Shown: piece by piece, positions 61,401-64,000 of the stretch
How positions within the stretch are numbered: position 1 is the first letter of the stretch
Layout: each line of letters begins with the position of its first letter
Origin: Phoronis australis
Lineage: Eukaryota; Animalia; Phoronida
Reading direction: 5' to 3'
Length of the DNA stretch: 64,000 bases
Assembly (NCBI GenBank): GCA_002633005.1
Contig: NMRA01000579.1
Span: 62,001 to 126,000, forward strand
Notes under the pieces: generated by a model
What the model saw: only the letters and a program-made list of their open reading frames with translations
Databases searched by the model: none
Told to the model about the DNA's origin: nothing
Program-made: the position numbers and the translations under genes

Positions 61401-63614
61401 CAGCAGCAATTTCAATAACAGTCGAAATCAGTCGACCATAAACTCACACAACTATAACAAGTAAGTTTGTTCATTTCAAATAAAACCCCATGGTTGTTTG
61501 ATTCATGTCTAAATTTTCTCTAGTTACTGTGTGCAAACCTTCCTATTATGCGGAAAAATTATTCTACACCTGGGGCTCGGGCCTAATCTTAGTACTTGAA
61601 ATCAAAATTATTTTGTCATTTTCTGCTACTTTTATGCAGTCGAGATATGTGTATTATGCTGTACTCAGGACATTATGACTTATGAATATGAGTTTGTCGT
61701 CCATTTTCGCATTTAATTAGAATATCCCTTGATTCAAGGTACGAACTTGTGTAAAAACTTGAGATTTCATGGAAAAAATTGAAATTTGTACTTCATATAC
61801 TCAAACTTAATGGCGTTAATGCTGTTGTCATCAAATGAATGAAAACGAGGATTGAACTGTAATCTTCGTTTTGTATTCGAGCACAGAATAAGTCAGACAC
61901 TTATCTTGAGTTCGCAACAATATAGATAATTTTGAGTTCTATTTCAAAAAGAGTAAGAACGGTTAGACCCTGGGCTCTGGTCTGACAAAAATTGCGAATA
62001 CTCCACTGTCGATATGGTTAAATCATCATCCTATAAGGATTTACTTTAAAGAAGTTGAATTAGAGGTGATTCTTTCTTTCCTGTAGCCTGGTCGTTTTCA
62101 CTATTCCAACAAAGCTTTTGTTGTATCGGTCTCGACCTCTGAAACATCTGAGCGTCTGTCGGTGATGTCATATATGGTTTGACCATTACACAACGTTTGA
62201 GCCATGGATTGCATAATTAGTAAGCCTAATAAATTTTGGCTGTCTGTTGCTAGAGTTACCTGACTGTCCATTGTGTTTTGTTCACCACATATGTGACCAG
62301 GCCTTGTCAGAGTCTGTTAATTTGATTACATAAACCATCCATTGTAGTCTGTGTATTGTAATGACCTATTTTTATTCCAGCCCAGATGAGCTGGTTATAC
62401 AGCCTCCACAGGTGGTCCACAAACAGCAGCTGCATACAGCCAACACTGTGAAGACTAAATCTCTCTCTACTCACTTGGGTGGGACCAATGGTTTGAGTGA
62501 TGGCCAGACACACCCTTACACATCCGTCAATGGGTACATGGGTGAGGCCAAGGTAATGAGACATTGGCGAGATGACATGAGATTAATAAGTGTTTCTAAG
62601 GAGACCAAACATTTGTTTGGATAAATTATTGAAGCTGGAACATTTGCGGAGCTATGAAAAAAAAGCGAAAATGGAAGCCGCATGGCTTTTTTGTTCCTAT
62701 GAGGATGTATACCTTTGAGCGATTTTCAGTAGATGACTTATTCAGAGGGGAGATAATTCAGCCTATACAACTACAATGGTGTGCTGCTCGTGAGTGCATT
62801 GAAACTTAGGCTGAATACTGATGCCTTGAATTGCACTGATTCATGGTCCCTTTAAATCTTTATATGGTGTGGAAATAGTCGAGTCACTTTTGGTGCAGTT
62901 GTTGAAATCATAATCAGGATAGTTTTGTTAATCAAATGCGTTTATTTTTCTCGGCTAAATGTGTTTTTTTTCTATCTATTTCAGCAATTTTTAGTTGTTT
63001 TATTTCACTAATGAGTTCAAATTGCATGCACTAAATTTAAAGCATGTGTTCATTTAAAACTAACTGCCATCGTGGCTATTATTTTATTTGTATTTGTCAA
63101 AACCAAATGTTTATAAATGTCAAGGGAACTGCCCCTTGTATGATAATAATGGTACTTCATGTTTTAGATTTACTGTAGTTATTTTAAAATAACTTGCGCT
63201 GTATTGCACAGGCTCAACATGGCGGCAGTAGCAATACTGTCCCGAGGTACATGAAATGCTGTGATGTGATTGGTTCATAGACGTGGTGTTGTCTGCTGCA
63301 GGTTTTGTGACATCATGGCAGAAGCACCAATATCTGTTGCTTTGTGTTAACACAGTGGAAATGTAGAACATGTTTTTCAAAATGAATGCAACTTCATGTT
63401 TTAAGTTTTGAGTTTTCTAAATGTGTCCTTTATTAAACTCTTCTGGTTGTTTGTGCACTTTGTGGAGATTTTTCTATTAAATATTTTGTTTTATTTAAAA
63501 AATAATGTTGACAGTGACCTGGCATCTTTACTGACCTTATGACCTTCGCACTTCCAGAACCATGTCACAGCCAGCCCTCTACCTGTTCGAACATAACAAC
63601 AATGTCATACCATG
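22478..63614 (+). CDS. EPB41L4A: Band 4.1-like protein 4A-like FERM-domain protein; 3' end beyond the window
   Basis: Coding exons 22478-22561, 47351-47455, 48670-48712, 49751-49832, 50260-50357, 51524-51644, 52599-52686, 53278-53366, 53849-53912, 54147-54238, 55076-55147, 55692-55825, 56183-56351, 57580-57702, 58062-58127, 59071-59244, 59623-59682, 59891-59959, 60936-61022, 61392-61460, 62381-62552, 63212-63246, 63558-63614; all GT-AG and phase-compatible. FERM motifs [95 protein letters not shown]. The C-terminal RRSRSRSP and [19 protein letters not shown] resemble human EPB41L4A (ELVDPSGLSEEQLKEIPYT, from memory). The last two exons are less certain. Confidence 0.93.
26585..26978. repeat. 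Minisatellite, 49-bp unit x 8
   Basis: Unit TATTGCATTATGTGACTGCAATCTATATCAACCATATGCGAATAGATAC; near-perfect head-to-tail copies with no spacers. Confidence 0.97.
26989..32004. repeat. Tandem duplication of about 2.5 kb (26989-29498 / 29500-32004) joined by one N
   Basis: Both copies start CGACAGAGTCCTAC and end GGATCATACCAGTCT; scattered SNPs and indels; N at 29499. Confidence 0.95.
32855..32965. repeat. Degenerate tandem repeat, unit about 21 bp, about 5 copies
   Basis: AAACA(C/T)GG(C/T) recurs with roughly 21-nt spacing. Confidence 0.6.
38640..38734. repeat. 48-bp tandem duplication
   Basis: GAAGTGTTGTTGTGAAAACCTTTTTGAAATTCAAGAT(A/G)GCAGCCAGT occurs twice. Confidence 0.92.
42316..42505. 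mobile_element. Palindromic MITE with long TIRs
   Basis: ATACGCCTTATTCACGC..CGCCATTTTA..AGTGAGCC..TTTTTAGG pairs with CCTAAAAA.GGCTCACT..TAAAATGGCGTGAATAAGGCGTAT. Confidence 0.8.
42844..43222. mobile_element. Tc1/mariner (pogo/Tigger-type) MITE with TA TSD
   Basis: TA-CAGTAAATATTTTCCGGTTTGAGACA ... TGTCCCAAACTGGAGAATTTTCACTG-TA. A related right end lies at about 33345-33392 (CTGGAGAATATTTACTGTA). Confidence 0.75.
47494..47761. mobile_element. Tc1-like MITE family, copy A
   Basis: Right end GAATACTTTTGGCTTGTACTG-TA is shared with 52001-52267 and 56381-56643, as are internal blocks (TTAATTCC, GATGAAT, GAATTCC). Confidence 0.7.
52001..52267. mobile_element. Tc1-like MITE family, copy B
   Basis: TA-CAGTGCAAGACAAAAGTA ... 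TACTTTTGGCTTGTACTG-TA: TIRs with TA duplication. Confidence 0.8.
56381..56643. mobile_element. Tc1-like MITE family, copy C
   Basis: TA-CAATGCATGGCAAAAGTTATCAGACAAAAT ... ATTTCGTTTGAATACTTTTGGCTTGTACTG. Confidence 0.75.
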
Positions 63615-64000
63615 GTAAGTAAATCTTGTTTTATCATGTCCATCATTTATAACTGACAGTTGAAGCTCCACCCCCTACCCATCTTGATGCAATTGCTTGG
63701 TGTACTTAAGAAGAAAGTCCAGATATTTATAACTAGAGTAAAATTTGACCGAACTTACCCAAAAACTATTTTCAAAATTTACCTGTTATCTGTTTTATAA
63801 GGCTTCAAACATTGTTACAATTGCTCATCACTTCTCCAAACATTTATCTAATGGCAGCTATGATATATTACTTGGAAATGATAAAGCATTTATTCCGTTC
63901 TTCTTATTTTAATGAAAACGCAGGGAAACAACAAAATTTCACTCATCCGCCATGTTGTGTCCTAAAATAGTGAGATTTTACTGTATTCTTCATATTGTTT

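Overview
Animal (probably invertebrate, bilaterian) nuclear DNA with spliceosomal GT-AG introns; the naive ORF track is mostly noise. Three protein-coding genes were rebuilt exon by exon with consistent splice phases. (1) The 3' part of a gliomedin/colmedin-like gene (collagen + olfactomedin domain; + strand, 1480-6072). (2) A complete 5-exon RPS15 (uS19) gene (- strand, 9273-14391) with a TCT/5'TOP start; three of its introns each carry an H/ACA snoRNA resembling SNORA68/U68, with a guide pocket for the 28S rRNA sequence UUCA-U-AGCGACG. (3) A long FERM-domain gene most like EPB41L4A (+ strand, ATG 22478, at least 23 coding exons, running off the window) with a 24.8 kb intron after the first coding exon. 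Non-coding DNA holds several MITE/non-autonomous DNA transposon families, a 49-bp minisatellite, a perfect 43-bp palindrome, assembly gaps and a 2.5 kb tandem duplication joined by a single N (probably a haplotype artefact). I found no convincing wholly new system. The best leads are the triplicated SNORA68-like snoRNAs in RPS15, a candidate internal first exon giving a FERM-less EPB41L4A isoform, and convergent CTCF-like motifs bracketing RPS15.
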